Of a DNA stretch of 39,366 nucleotides, positions 31,516 through 39,366 are shown in pieces. Position 1 is the first letter of the stretch. Every line of letters begins with the position of its first letter. The DNA comes from a virus. The notes below the pieces were generated by a model that had not been told where the DNA came from, did not search any database, and was given only the letters and a program-made list of their open reading frames with translations. Both the position numbers and the translations under genes were made by a program. The stretch is taken from IMG/VR virus record IMGVR_UViG_3300045988_130974, positions 1 to 39,366 of that record. One strand, written 5' to 3'.

Positions 31516-32148
31516 CTAACTTCTATCGTGATTTCTTGAGAATTCCCCAAAGTACTTGGTTTCTCCATTTTTTCTTGCAACAGCTGCCTCTTTTAGAGTT
31601 TCAAACGTTCCAAGACGTATCTCTTTTCTATCCACCATGATTCGTGCACGATATTTTCCATTCGGCGTTTTGCTTACGCCTGTAACTCCAGTTCTGTTGC
31701 TCTTTGACAAAGCCAAATTTCGTGAATTATTTTTTTGCGTTGTAATTCTTAAATTTTCTTTTCTGTTGTCTAGCGTGTCACCGTTTATGTGATCTACAAC
31801 TAATCCGTTGTCTGGTGCGTTGGTGACTAATCTATGAAGACGTATTTGTTTTTGCTTATAGGTGCAGACCAAATATCCAGACTTTAGCATTGACCAGCTG
31901 TGTTGTGTTACCTTATCCCAGTCGTCTAAATCAAACTTAAACTTGACCCCTTTGCTTGTTACTCCCTCAGCATATTTTTCATGTTTGATATACTTCGTTT
32001 TTACTTTTTTACCGTGCAGCCTAACGTCACCGTTCACGTAAATTCGGAGCCAATGCTTATTGCAGTAAGGCATGCCGTCTTGCCAGCCTGTTGCTTTTCT
32101 GCCACACCCAACCACAGAACATTTACAGCCATTAAGTTTCTTTTGCAT
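31516..32148 (-). CDS. HNH homing endonuclease with AP2 DNA-binding domain
   Basis: VVDHINGDTLDNRKENLRITTQKNNSRN is the HNH motif. TGVTGVSKTPNGKYRARIMVDRKEIRLGTFETLKEAAVAR is the AP2 domain. ATG at 32148 after GAGGT. Confidence 0.85.
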   Translation of the reverse strand: MQKKLNGCKCSVVGCGRKATGWQDGMPYCNKHWLRIYVNGDVRLHGKKVKTKYIKHEKYAEGVTSKGVKFKFDLDDWDKVTQHSWSMLKSGYLVCTYKQKQIRLHRLVTNAPDNGLVVDHINGDTLDNRKENLRITTQKNNSRNLALSKSNRTGVTGVSKTPNGKYRARIMVDRKEIRLGTFETLKEAAVARKNGETKYFGEFSRNHDRS

Positions 32149-32548
32149 AAATTTCAACCTCTATTCTTGGCTTGTCCGAGTAATACTTGTCGATTTCTTC
32201 GTGAACAATCATTGCGTCATCTTTCCATAAAACGCCGTTTAAGGCATCTTCAAATGATTTAAGGTAATTAGACAAGTCGGCTTTTACAATCGGTCTATGC
32301 GCTCCTGATGCCCGTCTATCGTGTTCTTTTTTCGATATGCTCTTTTGAATCTTTCGATAAAAGGCTACCTTGAGATAGATTTCACCCTCGACTGGTGCAT
32401 CGCGATACATCTCTGTTGCCAATGCTCGCAACTGTTTCTTGAATGTTGCTGTTTTAGGCGGGTCATACAGCCGAATTCCCTTGCCGAACCTTCTTGCTCG
32501 TGGCCTAGCCTGTGCCACCGGTTCGATCGGTAAGATCAGCTTGATCAT
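32132..32548 (-). CDS. rusA: RusA-family Holliday junction resolvase
   Basis: PVAQARPRARRFGKGIRLYDP...KADLSNYLKSFEDALNGVLWKDDAMI. ATG at 32548 in an ATGA overlap. Confidence 0.85.
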   Translation of the reverse strand: MIKLILPIEPVAQARPRARRFGKGIRLYDPPKTATFKKQLRALATEMYRDAPVEGEIYLKVAFYRKIQKSISKKEHDRRASGAHRPIVKADLSNYLKSFEDALNGVLWKDDAMIVHEEIDKYYSDKPRIEVEIYAKET

Positions 32549-32745
32549 CGATAAGTATCCAGTGAAAAACCTACTAACATGCAAACAAACATGCTGGCAA
32601 AACTCGTTGAAATAACTTTTAAGCCGATTAATCCGTTAAACCAAATGGCAACGATGAATCCAACTCCGATTGATACCATTGAAAGAACTGTCAGTACATC
32701 GAAGACTTTCACTAATTTTTTCAAAATCCTATGCCCCCATATCAT
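32545..32745 (-). CDS. Small membrane protein (two TM segments)
   Basis: The hydrophobic segments VLTVLSMVSIGVGFIVAIWF and FASMFVCMLVGF. The start codon is uncertain. Confidence 0.4.
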   Translation of the reverse strand: MIWGHRILKKLVKVFDVLTVLSMVSIGVGFIVAIWFNGLIGLKVISTSFASMFVCMLVGFSLDTYR

Positions 32746-32953
32746 GCATTAAGCTTGCGTCTACTTCGTTGTTGCTGTCCCAATGCCCGGAACTTTTCAT
32801 CACCCGTACGATTGCCGGGTCAATACGCAGCATGCCATCGCCTTCACAGAACGGGCACTTGCGTTCGATCGTGTCAAGATAGCCTGAACCTTCACACCAA
32901 GCGCAACTCTGCTCTGTATCTAAGATCATCTTGTCTTTCGTTAGCTTTAACAT
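32729..32953 (-). CDS. Small DnaJ-type zinc-finger protein (two CxxCxGxG motifs)
   Basis: CAWCEGSG and CPFCEGDG. AAGGTGA RBS. Confidence 0.6.
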   Translation of the reverse strand: MLKLTKDKMILDTEQSCAWCEGSGYLDTIERKCPFCEGDGMLRIDPAIVRVMKSSGHWDSNNEVDASLMHDMGA

Positions 32954-32964
32954 CTCTTCACCTT

Positions 32965-33792
32965 CTAAATCATGCTTGCTCGAACGTCTGTCATGCCGTT
33001 AAACACCAGTCGGCGCTTTTGATTCCGTGTTATCAGTCTGCTTAATAGCTTCTCGTTATACATTGCTTCAAGCTCTGCCATCGTGTTGTTTGTTGTTACA
33101 ATCGTCGATTGATTGCCGTATCGTGCGTCTGCTACTGCAAACAGTCCCTTTTGCATATCAACTCGGACTTGGCTTTGTTTGTCGGTCCGCATACCGCCTT
33201 CCGTTCCAAAGTCGTCTAAGATTAGAACGTCCACCGGCTCAATTTTCAATCGCTTGTCGCCCTTCATATAGGCGTTCAGTTCATAAAGCCGGTTTTGGGC
33301 TTGCTTGTCGTCAAAACGCATTGCATATAGTTCTGCTAGTGCGTCGGTTGAAACAAACATAGCCGTCTTGTTTGAGTTGTTTCTGATAAAATCAACCATT
33401 GCCAACGCTAGGCTTGTCTTGCCAGTGCCTGGCCTTCCTGCTAGATAAACCCGATATGGCTTGCCTTCCGCAATCTCTTTGGCTAATAAGTACGATTGAT
33501 TGCCTAAATTGCGGGCTAATTGCTCGTTTGGTTGTTTCTTTGGCTGCCAATCAGCATATGTGAATTTAATCGGCTCGCCAGTCCACAAGCTTTTGCGATA
33601 AACCCGATTAAAGTTGTGCCGTGCGTTCTCTTTCCGCCATTCGTCATGCAACGGCTCAGCTTTCTTTTTAAGATAGTCAGCCATTGCTTGCTTATCAGTC
33701 AGATCAACATCGGGAAGGTCCCAACCTTCTTTGGCAAAGATTTTCTTTAGACTCTTAACGCCTTCTTTGGCACTATCTTTTACGCTAAGCAT
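32965..33792 (-). CDS. DnaC/IstB-like AAA+ helicase loader
   Basis: Walker A GRPGTGKTSLA and Walker B VLILDDFG. Downstream of the DnaD-like gene. Confidence 0.85.
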   Translation of the reverse strand: MLSVKDSAKEGVKSLKKIFAKEGWDLPDVDLTDKQAMADYLKKKAEPLHDEWRKENARHNFNRVYRKSLWTGEPIKFTYADWQPKKQPNEQLARNLGNQSYLLAKEIAEGKPYRVYLAGRPGTGKTSLALAMVDFIRNNSNKTAMFVSTDALAELYAMRFDDKQAQNRLYELNAYMKGDKRLKIEPVDVLILDDFGTEGGMRTDKQSQVRVDMQKGLFAVADARYGNQSTIVTTNNTMAELEAMYNEKLLSRLITRNQKRRLVFNGMTDVRASMI

Positions 33793-33841
33793 GTTTCACC
33801 TCCAGCGTTTTTTGCTATTTTTAGGATTTGAAATCCGTAAA

Positions 33842-34687
33842 TTACCAGTATTCGTTGTCCATCTGATACCGTGTCAATCCGTTAGGGTCTGGCTGACCAG
33901 TCATCGGATTGATCCTTTCGGTATAGTAAGGATCGTTCTTGTCTGGTTGGCCCTTCACTTTCTCGTTTAGATAGTCTTCAAACTTAGTTCCAAACAGCGT
34001 TAATGGTCGTAGGTATTTGTTCATCTTGTTGTCGTTCAGCCAAGTAGCAGTTTTCTTGTCGATAACTGTTTTGAAGTCATCAACAGTGAATCCTTCTTTA
34101 ATCCTTGCTTGAACTAGCTGCTTGGTCTTTGGTGTGGTTGCTTTGTAGTGGCTATCTGTTTTTTCGTTCAGATAGTCAACAATTGTTTTTGTCTTGTCAG
34201 CCACTCCGTCGGGCTCTGCCCGACTATTATTGTCTGTTGTAATCTCTGTCGTAATCTCTGAGTAATCTCTGGTATTGGTTTGCTCATTTTGAGCAACTCC
34301 GTTTGCTCTTTTTGAGCAGTCCGTCTGCTCATTTTGAGCAACTCGTTTGCTCATGCCCTTATCAACCATTTCATAATCGATTGAATACCATTTCGTTTTG
34401 TCAAACCCGGCTTTATTGAAGTTGCCAGTAATGATCAATCCTTTTTTCTCGCAGTTTTCAATAGCCCGGCGAACCGTTGCTAAACTCCAAAAAGGGAAAT
34501 TATCTTTTTGCCATTGCTTATAACTGTTGTAAATCCACTTTCGACCGTTGATTAATTTGGCACTTTTGCCATTTAACCAATAGTTAAGTTGTTGCAGCAC
34601 GATTGCTTCGTTAAGCCCAAATACTTTTGCTAATTCACGATCAACAACAATTGGGTGTGAATCAAAAAGCCATCTACTCATCGCCAT
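33842..34687 (-). CDS. Replisome organizer (DnaD-like N-domain plus phage C-terminal domain)
   Basis: The winged-helix-like N-terminus is AIVLQQLNYWLN...WSLATVRRAIENCEKKGLI. The C-terminal IVDYLNEKTDSHYKATTPKTKQLVQARIKEGFTVDDFKTVIDKK is typical of phage replication proteins. Confidence 0.75.
   Translation of the reverse strand: MAMSRWLFDSHPIVVDRELAKVFGLNEAIVLQQLNYWLNGKSAKLINGRKWIYNSYKQWQKDNFPFWSLATVRRAIENCEKKGLIITGNFNKAGFDKTKWYSIDYEMVDKGMSKRVAQNEQTDCSKRANGVAQNEQTNTRDYSEITTEITTDNNSRAEPDGVADKTKTIVDYLNEKTDSHYKATTPKTKQLVQARIKEGFTVDDFKTVIDKKTATWLNDNKMNKYLRPLTLFGTKFEDYLNEKVKGQPDKNDPYYTERINPMTGQPDPNGLTRYQMDNEYW
34239..34354. repeat. Iteron cluster inside the organizer gene: probable origin of replication
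   Basis: 3 x GTAATCTCTG (34239, 34251, 34262). Then 3 x about 20-nt units, (T/C)TGCTCATTTTGAGCAACTC at 34280 and 34325 and a variant at 34303, each containing the palindrome TGCTCA-ttt-TGAGCA. Confidence 0.55.
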
Positions 34688-35375
34688 ATACTCCCTTCAC
34701 GCCTAATTTTCTTAAAACGTCAGGCGTTAGTTTTATACCCTTTACATGGATATGATATTTTCGTTCAAAGCCTTTAGTATTAAGCGTTTCAATTTCTGTG
34801 TGGTGTGCTCTACATAATGGGTATAAATCTCGTTTCGAATGATCAATGTTATTTCGGTTCATGCCCATGCCAACCGTATTGTTTCCAATGCCATAATCGA
34901 CATGGTGCAGGTCAGCATGCCGACCGCAAATTACGCATTGTCGGTGAATCAAGCATTCATAAATGAAATAGCTTTCGTCTCTTGGCAACAATGGATAGCC
35001 ATCGTTGATTGGCACCTGGTAATCGAAAATAAAATCGATCACCAAATTAATTAATTCCGTTGCGTCTGATACCGTGCTAACAGTATCGTTCGCTAGGCTA
35101 ATTTCTTTCCCGGCCGTTTTGATCGTGTATTGAAGGTAAAAGTATTCCTTCAACCACTCCGCCGGTTCACCTGACCATCTGTGAATATCACTTAACAGTG
35201 CAAAGAATAGTCTTCTCTGACGTGGTCTTGCTTTTCGCCTATCTGGGATTTCGTACTCCACCGGAACACCGCTGACCTTGCCATACATCGTTTCGATATG
35301 ACTAAGGTTTGGTGTTTCGTCTGGGGCAATCCACCACCCACCCTGCTCCCAGTAGGCTTTACCGCTCCGCAGCAT
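34674..35375 (-). CDS. HNH-motif protein (DUF968-like)
   Basis: CVICGRHADLHHVDY...CRAHHTEIE is a Cys/His nuclease-type motif. Its start overlaps the SSB stop (TAATG). Confidence 0.5.
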   Translation of the reverse strand: MLRSGKAYWEQGGWWIAPDETPNLSHIETMYGKVSGVPVEYEIPDRRKARPRQRRLFFALLSDIHRWSGEPAEWLKEYFYLQYTIKTAGKEISLANDTVSTVSDATELINLVIDFIFDYQVPINDGYPLLPRDESYFIYECLIHRQCVICGRHADLHHVDYGIGNNTVGMGMNRNNIDHSKRDLYPLCRAHHTEIETLNTKGFERKYHIHVKGIKLTPDVLRKLGVKGVYGDE

Positions 35376-35818
35376 TAGAACGGAACGTCATCGGCGCTAT
35401 CGTCAAATGGCAAAGCGCTGTCGAACGGTTGCTGTTGGTAGTTATCGTTCTGATAGCCGTTGGATTGATAACCGCCTTGTTGACTTTGATCGTTGTTCTT
35501 CTTGGAATCTAAGAATGTTACGTTTTCAGCTACAACTTCCGTTACATAGACCCGTTGGCCTTGATTGTTTTCGTAGTTTCGTGTTTGGATTCGGCCTTCA
35601 ATGCCAACCAGTGAGCCTTTACCGCAATACTTACATAACAGATCAGCAGTCATGCCCCACGCTTGAATGCCGATGAAATCAGCATCATGCTCACCGTTAG
35701 CGTTTTTGAATCGGCGGTCAACTGCCAATGAGAAGTTGACAACTGACGTGCCCTTGCCAGTTTCGTGTTTTTCTAAATCTTTCGTGATACGGCCTGTTAA
35801 ACTCACACTATTAATCAT
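35375..35818 (-). CDS. ssb: Single-stranded DNA-binding protein
   Basis: OB-fold N-terminus MINSVSLTGRITKDLE, a Gln/Gly/Tyr-rich linker and an acidic tail DDSADDVPF. Confidence 0.95.
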   Translation of the reverse strand: MINSVSLTGRITKDLEKHETGKGTSVVNFSLAVDRRFKNANGEHDADFIGIQAWGMTADLLCKYCGKGSLVGIEGRIQTRNYENNQGQRVYVTEVVAENVTFLDSKKNNDQSQQGGYQSNGYQNDNYQQQPFDSALPFDDSADDVPF

Positions 35819-36576
35819 TATTTTTGTTCCCCGCTTTCTAAGAGTGCCTTAACAGCATTTACATAGTCTTCACCGCTATGTTTACCATCGCCGAGAGTGC
35901 CCTTCACAAGTTCCTCAGCGCGCTTTGAATCTCCGTTAAGCCGATTAATCAGCTCCATCATTAAGCGCCGATATTCGGCTTGTAATGCGTTCATTTTGCG
36001 TTGTTGATTAACTTGTTCCTTACGCTGCTCTGCTTGCTGTTTGTCAGCTTCGTTGATGTCAGCCATTGGCAAGTCTTCGCCGGCATAAATGCTTAAACCA
36101 AGACCTGCAAGGGCCAGTGCCTTAACAAGACAACGCTTTTGCGTTTTATTGATTTCCTTCATTGTTGGATTGATAACAGCGTTGTTGTTGTTATCCATGA
36201 CATAAAGGCTTTCAGTGTATGATTCGCCTTCGATCGTGATAGTGCACTCAACCATTGTTCCAGTCATCGTGGTTAGATATGGAACTTCTCGATCAATCAG
36301 TTCAGCATGCTTAACGACTGTTCGATATTTGGTGTACTCTTTATCGCCATACTTGACCTTGTATGGCTCTTGATACGTCGTTAATGCCATTTCCTTGTAT
36401 TTGGTAAACTTTGGTGTTGGCGTATCTGGATAAATCGACTTAACAAAGTTCCATGCCCAAGACCAACTGACATAACTAAGTGCTGGTCCTTTCTTCATCT
36501 TGATAACTTCAACGTGCTTTGAAACGTCAACCGCAGACAACGTTTCAAACACTGATTTCTTCTTTTCGTCTGCCAT
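35818..36576 (-). CDS. Rad52-like single-strand annealing protein (Sak/DUF1071-type)
   Basis: The signature LSYVSWSWAWNFVKSIYPD. Located between Gp157 and SSB. Confidence 0.7.
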   Translation of the reverse strand: MADEKKKSVFETLSAVDVSKHVEVIKMKKGPALSYVSWSWAWNFVKSIYPDTPTPKFTKYKEMALTTYQEPYKVKYGDKEYTKYRTVVKHAELIDREVPYLTTMTGTMVECTITIEGESYTESLYVMDNNNNAVINPTMKEINKTQKRCLVKALALAGLGLSIYAGEDLPMADINEADKQQAEQRKEQVNQQRKMNALQAEYRRLMMELINRLNGDSKRAEELVKGTLGDGKHSGEDYVNAVKALLESGEQK

Positions 36577-37077
36577 TTACTTGATAACCCCCTTGTAGTT
36601 CGTTGCCAGATAAGCACCAGGAACTTCCTTGCCATCTTTGATTGCCTTCTTGATTTCAGCCTTAACGGGCTTGCGGTCAACCTTGACCGTTTCTTTCCAA
36701 TAGTCAGCCGGAATCAAGCTTTCATCGCTAAATTCGACTGTTTGGCTCTTTCGTTTGCTATATACATGCTTATCAGTACGGACCTTTGCCGAACCGGAAT
36801 TAGCAACGATGTAACCAACGTATTCTTGCAAGCGGTCAACACGGGCTTTTGCCTTGTCCCGTTCTTTCTTGATTTCAGCCATCTTTTCCAGCTCGTGGTT
36901 GTAGATAGCTAAATCTTTTTCGGTGTCGTTAATCAACCAAGCAATGGCATCTAGCTTGTCGGCCAGCTCAAGCTGCAAGGCGTCGATAGTGTCCGTGTAG
37001 GATTGCTGATCGATTTCGCCTTCGGCTCGTTTCTGATCAACTGTTGCGATAGCAGCAATGATTTCAGCAGTGTTCAT
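36577..37077 (-). CDS. Siphovirus Gp157-family protein
   Basis: 166 aa with a coiled-coil N-terminus. The C-terminal IPADYWKETVKVDRKPVKAEIKKAIKDGKEVPGA resembles Gp157 (recalled). Precedes the SSAP. Confidence 0.6.
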   Translation of the reverse strand: MNTAEIIAAIATVDQKRAEGEIDQQSYTDTIDALQLELADKLDAIAWLINDTEKDLAIYNHELEKMAEIKKERDKAKARVDRLQEYVGYIVANSGSAKVRTDKHVYSKRKSQTVEFSDESLIPADYWKETVKVDRKPVKAEIKKAIKDGKEVPGAYLATNYKGVIK

Positions 37078-37091
37078 GTTTCAGTTCCTTT

Positions 37092-37217
37092 CTAATCGTG
37101 CTTTGGTTCGTCTTTCAGATAGTCGTTGTTTTCATCGATCAGCGCGTCTTGATAGCCTTCTTCGTATCCTGACTGCCAGGCTTTAATCAGTTCGGCTTTC
37201 GTATACGTTTCTTTCAT
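37092..37217 (-). CDS. Small acidic protein (41 aa, below the ORF-track cut-off)
   Basis: Hand translation gives MKETYTKAELIKAWQSGYEEGYQDALIDENNDYLKDEPKHD. AGGTGA RBS. Confidence 0.4.
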   Translation of the reverse strand: MKETYTKAELIKAWQSGYEEGYQDALIDENNDYLKDEPKHD

Positions 37218-37253
37218 GCTATAATCACCTTGAATTTTGTTTTTTAATTGGCA

Positions 37254-37424
37254 TTACCGGCGGTCGGTAGTGCCTTTTTTTGTTGCGCTAATCGTTGTCT
37301 GCAAAGCAAACAGCACAATCCAAACGACCGCACACCAATTAGCTTTAATGAAGTGGTTAGTCATGTATAGGTAGACAAACCCACCACTTAACAGCGACCA
37401 GACCGCAGCTTTAATGGTTCCCAT
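37254..37424 (-). CDS. Small membrane protein (56 aa)
   Basis: ATG at 37424 after GGAGGA. Two hydrophobic segments. Confidence 0.5.
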   Translation of the reverse strand: MGTIKAAVWSLLSGGFVYLYMTNHFIKANWCAVVWIVLFALQTTISATKKGTTDRR

Positions 37425-37545
37425 GACGTCCTCCTCGATTAATACCTGCTTGTTTTTCAAGCGCAGCAACCTTGTTGGTCAGATCTGCAAGACCGACAAA
37501 TAAGATTGCGACTAGCAAGCCCAATAGAATTAATGCAATTCCCAT
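37411..37545 (-). CDS. Small membrane peptide (44 aa, below the ORF-track cut-off)
   Basis: Hand translation gives MGIALILLGLLVAILFVGLADLTNKVAALEKQAGINRGGRHGNH. TAATG coupling to the upstream gene. Confidence 0.35.
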   Translation of the reverse strand: MGIALILLGLLVAILFVGLADLTNKVAALEKQAGINRGGRHGNH

Positions 37546-37862
37546 TACTTCACACCCCAATTAAATTCGTGATAGTGTTCGTTGACCCATAAGCTGGCAT
37601 CGTAGGCATAAATAATGGTTTTACGCCCCGTTCCAGGGAATGGATCAACAACAAACCCGCCGTTTTCAATGTGCGTTTCTGGGTAACGATCAAAGATTTC
37701 ACGCTTGACCCATGCCCGGCCTTTACCGCCCAAGCATTGTTTGCGGAACTCTTCGATGTCCCACGTTTTGCCTTTTAACGTTTCTTCTGGGACTAGCCCC
37801 AGTTTCTTAATCGATTGCTTGACGGACTGTTCAATCAGTTCATCATCAATCGCAATTTGCAT
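37545..37862 (-). CDS. DUF771-like phage protein
   Basis: The pattern TWDIEEFRKQCLGGKGRAWVKREIF...ENGGFVVDPFPGTGRKTIIYAYDASLWV resembles DUF771 (recalled). Confidence 0.5.
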   Translation of the reverse strand: MQIAIDDELIEQSVKQSIKKLGLVPEETLKGKTWDIEEFRKQCLGGKGRAWVKREIFDRYPETHIENGGFVVDPFPGTGRKTIIYAYDASLWVNEHYHEFNWGVK

Positions 37863-37900
37863 TTGATCACCTCCTACAAGCAGAAAAACTTTTACGGTTG

Positions 37901-38056
37901 TTAGAAATACAAGACTTCGGCTTGCTCTGATTCGCCGTTCTCATCTTTGACGTACGACACGGAAAGAAAATCCACGTCTGCAAGCAGCACATCAACTCGC
38001 AGCTCAAAATCTGCTTGGGTTTCGCCTTCTAGGCGTTCAATAATCTTTTTGTTCAT
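37901..38056 (-). CDS. Small acidic protein (51 aa)
   Basis: ATG at 38056 after GGAGG. The longer ORF-track form overlaps the upstream gene. Confidence 0.5.
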   Translation of the reverse strand: MNKKIIERLEGETQADFELRVDVLLADVDFLSVSYVKDENGESEQAEVLYF

Positions 38057-38060
38057 TTTG

Positions 38061-38537
38061 TTAGTCCTCCGATAAAATGCTGTTTGGTTCGTAACGCTTT
38101 TTGTTCCCGTTGCTATCAATCGTATAAATTGGAATGTTGTTTTCCCGTGCAAATCTTTCAATGACGCTTTCACCAGTTCGGCGTTTGTGCCAATCACTAA
38201 TAACGTTCATCGCCTTAACTGCTGCAAATAAAGCGTCGTGGTTTAAGTAGTCGAGCATGAACTCAAAGCCGCTACTGATTTTTTTGTCCCACCCGATTTC
38301 TTCTTCGATATACTTAACTACTGAAAAATAATCTTTGCAGCCCCACTTTTGACCGTCGTAGGTCTTTTCAATCGGAAACACTTGATCAAATAGGCGTGGG
38401 GTTAATGCCCCGACGGTTTCATCTAATGCACTTACCCAATTTACACGTTCTTTCCAACGCATTTCGTCAACGAAAATTGCCTCTTTTACAAGCCGATATA
38501 AAATAACCTGATTTCGAATATCTTGACTGCTACGCAT
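38061..38537 (-). CDS. Hypothetical early protein (158 aa)
   Basis: Intact ORF with an AGGAGG RBS, directly after the antirepressor. No motif recognised. Confidence 0.55.
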   Translation of the reverse strand: MRSSQDIRNQVILYRLVKEAIFVDEMRWKERVNWVSALDETVGALTPRLFDQVFPIEKTYDGQKWGCKDYFSVVKYIEEEIGWDKKISSGFEFMLDYLNHDALFAAVKAMNVISDWHKRRTGESVIERFARENNIPIYTIDSNGNKKRYEPNSILSED

Positions 38538-38548
38538 ATTCTGGCCTC

Positions 38549-39316
38549 CTAAAGTCCTAATTCGTTATCATCTTCAACAATCTCTTTCTTGTGTTGTTGA
38601 AATTTATCAATTGCTTTCTCGTTGTAGTAATACCGTTCACCGCTCCAGTAGCCATATTGGTTGCGATGGCCTTTAGGGGCTTTCAACCCTAAAATTTGTC
38701 CCCACTTACCGATGTTGTAAGCATTGGTACCAAGTTGTTCAGCAATCGCACCGGCGGTAACTGCTAAGCCGTTGGCGATTGGGAACATCAGCTGATTAGT
38801 TGCCTCTGTATAGTAGGCTTGACGATACCGTTCTTCTTTCTGGCGGTCGCCAATCTTAATCAGTAGTTCAGCCCGTTTGTTAGCCGCTTCCTGCTCTTTC
38901 ACCGCTACATATCGTTGGCGGTACTCAATATCTTGTTGCTTTAAATTCAAATCTCCATTCGTGATTAGTTTGCCGTTGTGCTCTGCTTCGTACTCATTGA
39001 ACAAACTTACATACGTTGCGGTGAAAATCGTGCCCTTGCGTCCAGTCAGCTTATTAGCCACAAATTCGCAGCCTTTTTTCGTTAGCAGGTAGCAAGGCTT
39101 TTCGCGATGCATACTATCTACATAGCTTGATTCGATGAAGAATTTAGATGAATCCAATTTTGGATCCATCTCCATATCGTTGATATACCGGTAAATATCA
39201 CGCATTAGGTGTGCGTGACTTTTGCCAATCATCTTGGCAACGTCCCTGCTGTCGATTACTCGTGTTTTTGATTCTCCAACATAACGAATTACTGATTCTG
39301 CATTAAAACTTTCCAT
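38549..39316 (-). CDS. Rha-family phage regulatory protein / antirepressor
   Basis: The N-terminal VIDSRDVAKMIGKSHAHLMRDIYRYI is the Rha (pRha) motif. Second gene of the cro operon across the circular junction. Confidence 0.75.
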   Translation of the reverse strand: MESFNAESVIRYVGESKTRVIDSRDVAKMIGKSHAHLMRDIYRYINDMEMDPKLDSSKFFIESSYVDSMHREKPCYLLTKKGCEFVANKLTGRKGTIFTATYVSLFNEYEAEHNGKLITNGDLNLKQQDIEYRQRYVAVKEQEAANKRAELLIKIGDRQKEERYRQAYYTEATNQLMFPIANGLAVTAGAIAEQLGTNAYNIGKWGQILGLKAPKGHRNQYGYWSGERYYYNEKAIDKFQQHKKEIVEDDNELGL

Positions 39317-39366
39317 TCTATTTACCCCTTTCGTTCATTTTCGGGAACATCTATTTCAAAAAAAAT
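39278..39366. repeat. Terminal overlap, identical to 1..89
   Basis: Same 89-nt string as the window start. It contains the antirepressor start codon and the 3' end of cro. Confidence 0.95.

Larger units (their letters stand above)
1..39366. mobile_element. Complete temperate siphovirus (prophage-type) genome, circularly closed
   Basis: Full set of lysogeny, early, replication, packaging, head, tail and lysis modules in canonical order. The two ends are identical over 89 bp, so the cro-antirepressor operon is continuous across the junction. Confidence 0.9.

Overview
This window is a complete, circularly closed genome of a temperate siphovirus. Positions 1..89 are identical to 39278..39366, leaving about 39.28 kb of unique sequence. 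Gene content is typical of Lactobacillaceae prophages. The plus strand carries a short lysogeny module: a cI-like HTH/S24 repressor, a lipoprotein and a tyrosine integrase, followed by a probable attP. Everything else runs on the minus strand from a strong TTGACA-17-TATAGT promoter. The order is cro, a Rha antirepressor, many small early ORFs, and a recombination/replication module (Gp157, Sak/Rad52-like SSAP, SSB, HNH-like protein, DnaD-like organizer with internal iterons, DnaC-like loader, RusA, HNH-AP2). Then come a dUTPase cassette, more orphan ORFs, an ArpU-type late regulator, a 577-nt ORF-free structured region, tRNA-Tyr, and terS/terL. The structural genes follow: portal, Mu-F-like minor head protein, scaffold, capsid, connectors, major tail protein, G/GT chaperones with an AAAAAAT -1 slippery site, tape measure, Dit, Tal (SLT+M23) and BppU/FN3/Big_2 baseplate proteins. 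The strand ends with XkdX, holin, a GH25-SH3b endolysin, and three more fibre-like genes after the lysin. The most unusual feature lies between attP and the late terminators: a cas-less, single-spacer mini-array with type I-E-like CRISPR repeats (3397..3486, minus strand), flanked by intrinsic terminators on both sides and preceded by two tiny orphan genes. Other observations worth follow-up are a ROOL/GOLLD-like candidate large ncRNA next to the tRNA, FN3 domains split across consecutive gene boundaries at the same structural position (one junction is a single in-frame TAA), a dUTPase cassette bracketed by about 73-bp direct repeats, and a three-operator genetic switch. All calls rest on reading the sequence and ORF translations by eye. 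No database search was run.
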